Source: Candidatus Woesebacteria bacterium RIFCSPLOWO2_01_FULL_39_23
GTDB lineage: Bacteria; Patescibacteriota; Microgenomatia; UBA8517
Length of the DNA: 64,000 nt
Assembly: GCA_001793095.1 (NCBI GenBank)
Contig: MGHG01000009.1
Coordinates: 90,391 to 154,390, forward strand
Direction of reading: 5' to 3'
Of the stretch, positions 63,211 through 64,000 are shown one piece after another. Made by a program: the position numbers and the translations under genes. Every line of letters begins with the position of its first letter. The stretch's first letter is position 1. A model generated the notes under the pieces. It saw only the letters and a list, made by a program, of their open reading frames with translations, had not been told where the DNA came from and ran no database searches.

Positions 63211-64000
63211 TCAAGAAGAAATCGTATTCCTTTGTAAAATTAAATCGATCTCATGTGCAAGATTTTCGCTCCATGTAATTTTTATCGGAAGATCTAAGCT
63301 GTTTTTCTTGGGCGTCATGAATACCAAACTTACTTTTTGGCTGCCTGGATTATTAATTAAAATCCGCTTCAGTTTATCCAAACTGGTCTTATTTGTATTT
63401 TCGGGGATTTTTATATATAAATGGTCAGACCCCTTAACAGAATCTTTTGTGTAAATATTTTCGACAATTATCGACGGAGTCTCGTCCCTAATATCTATTT
63501 TTCCACTTACCAAAATTGCAGTGTTGTCGATAAGTGTATTTCTGATTTTTTCAAAAAGTCTCGGAAAAACGACTAAATCGATGCTCCCCGTTTCATCTTC
63601 TGCTTTTACAAATGCCATTTCCTGTCCCGTTCTTTTTGTTACTATAATACGGACATCCACAATAACGGCGGCAATTTTAATATTGTCTTTGATCTCATCT
63701 TCAGTCGTAATTTCAAAGATTTTATGAGTTGCGGAATTTTGTAAATTACCGATTACAATATTTAGAGGTTTTGCTGAAAGAGAAAAACCCAGGAGCTGTC
63801 TCTCAAGTAAATTTATTTCATCGTCATTAAACTCCTCACCTTCCAAAGACACATCTTGTATCATTGTTACTTTTTTAACATCCTCCGAACTGAAAAGACC
63901 TTGTTGATTATTTACCAAGCTTTTGGGAGAAATTCTGCTTCTAATTTCGTCCAATTTTGCAAGAAGAGAGGCTCGTTTTCCAAAATCAGAAAATACCCCG
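63211..64000 (-). CDS. dnaE: DNA polymerase III alpha subunit, C-terminal part (OB-fold region); 5' end beyond the window
   Basis: The frame is open to the window edge. The C-terminal OB-fold-like segment is ...IAAVIVDVRIIVTKRTGQEMAFVKAEDETGSIDLVVFPRLFE... Confidence 0.5.
   Translation of the reverse strand, partial: GVFSDFGKRASLLAKLDEIRSRISPKSLVNNQQGLFSSEDVKKVTMIQDVSLEGEEFNDDEINLLERQLLGFSLSAKPLNIVIGNLQNSATHKIFEITTEDEIKDNIKIAAVIVDVRIIVTKRTGQEMAFVKAEDETGSIDLVVFPRLFEKIRNTLIDNTAILVSGKIDIRDETPSIIVENIYTKDSVKGSDHLYIKIPENTNKTSLDKLKRILINNPGSQKVSLVFMTPKKNSLDLPIKITWSENLAHEIDLILQRNTISS

Overview
This 64 kb window is AT-rich chromosomal DNA from a small-genome bacterium. The bacterial assignment rests on LexA, RuvC, ribosomal protein L19, SecG, a DnaE fragment, UvrABC and a tRNA-His with an encoded G-1. 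The overall gene style suggests a CPR-like lineage, but this is only an inference. The window contains a cell-envelope glycan island, 16 tRNA genes (most on the minus strand, plus tRNA-His and tRNA-Arg(TCG) on plus), a uvrB-uvrA-(transglutaminase-like)-uvrC operon, lexA and dinB. It also contains a central-carbon block: an archaeal-type PEP carboxylase, PEP synthase, two enolase paralogs, PGI/PMI, phosphoglucomutase and an aspartate-family aminotransferase preceded by a T-box leader. Housekeeping genes present are pyrG, a P-type ATPase, an ABC exporter, a DRG-type GTPase, secG, ruvC and rplS. The glycan island comprises GT1/GT4 genes, a GT2 plus CE4 deacetylase pair resembling a PNAG-type module, a GT-C membrane transferase, secreted GH5-like and GH18 enzymes, and two lysozyme-like paralogs. 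The hunt found several unexplained signals. (1) A ~100 bp palindromic element is inserted in frame as 33 codons in two unrelated conserved genes. (2) A modular, hairpin-rich intergenic element (~90-190 nt) has four copies with compensatory stem changes, each sitting just upstream of a gene start. (3) A T-box riboswitch leader with a probable CUA (Leu) specifier sits upstream of a class-I aminotransferase. (4) A 29-bp minisatellite insertion separates tRNA-Gly(TCC) from its promoter and leader and is flanked by a 20-bp duplication of the tRNA 5' end. (5) A kinase-like plus DUF3800 gene pair sits next to dinB. (6) A gene-poor AT-rich islet follows tRNA-His and carries small paralogous coiled-coil ORFs and a GIY-YIG nuclease. 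No CRISPR array, rRNA or obvious prophage was found.
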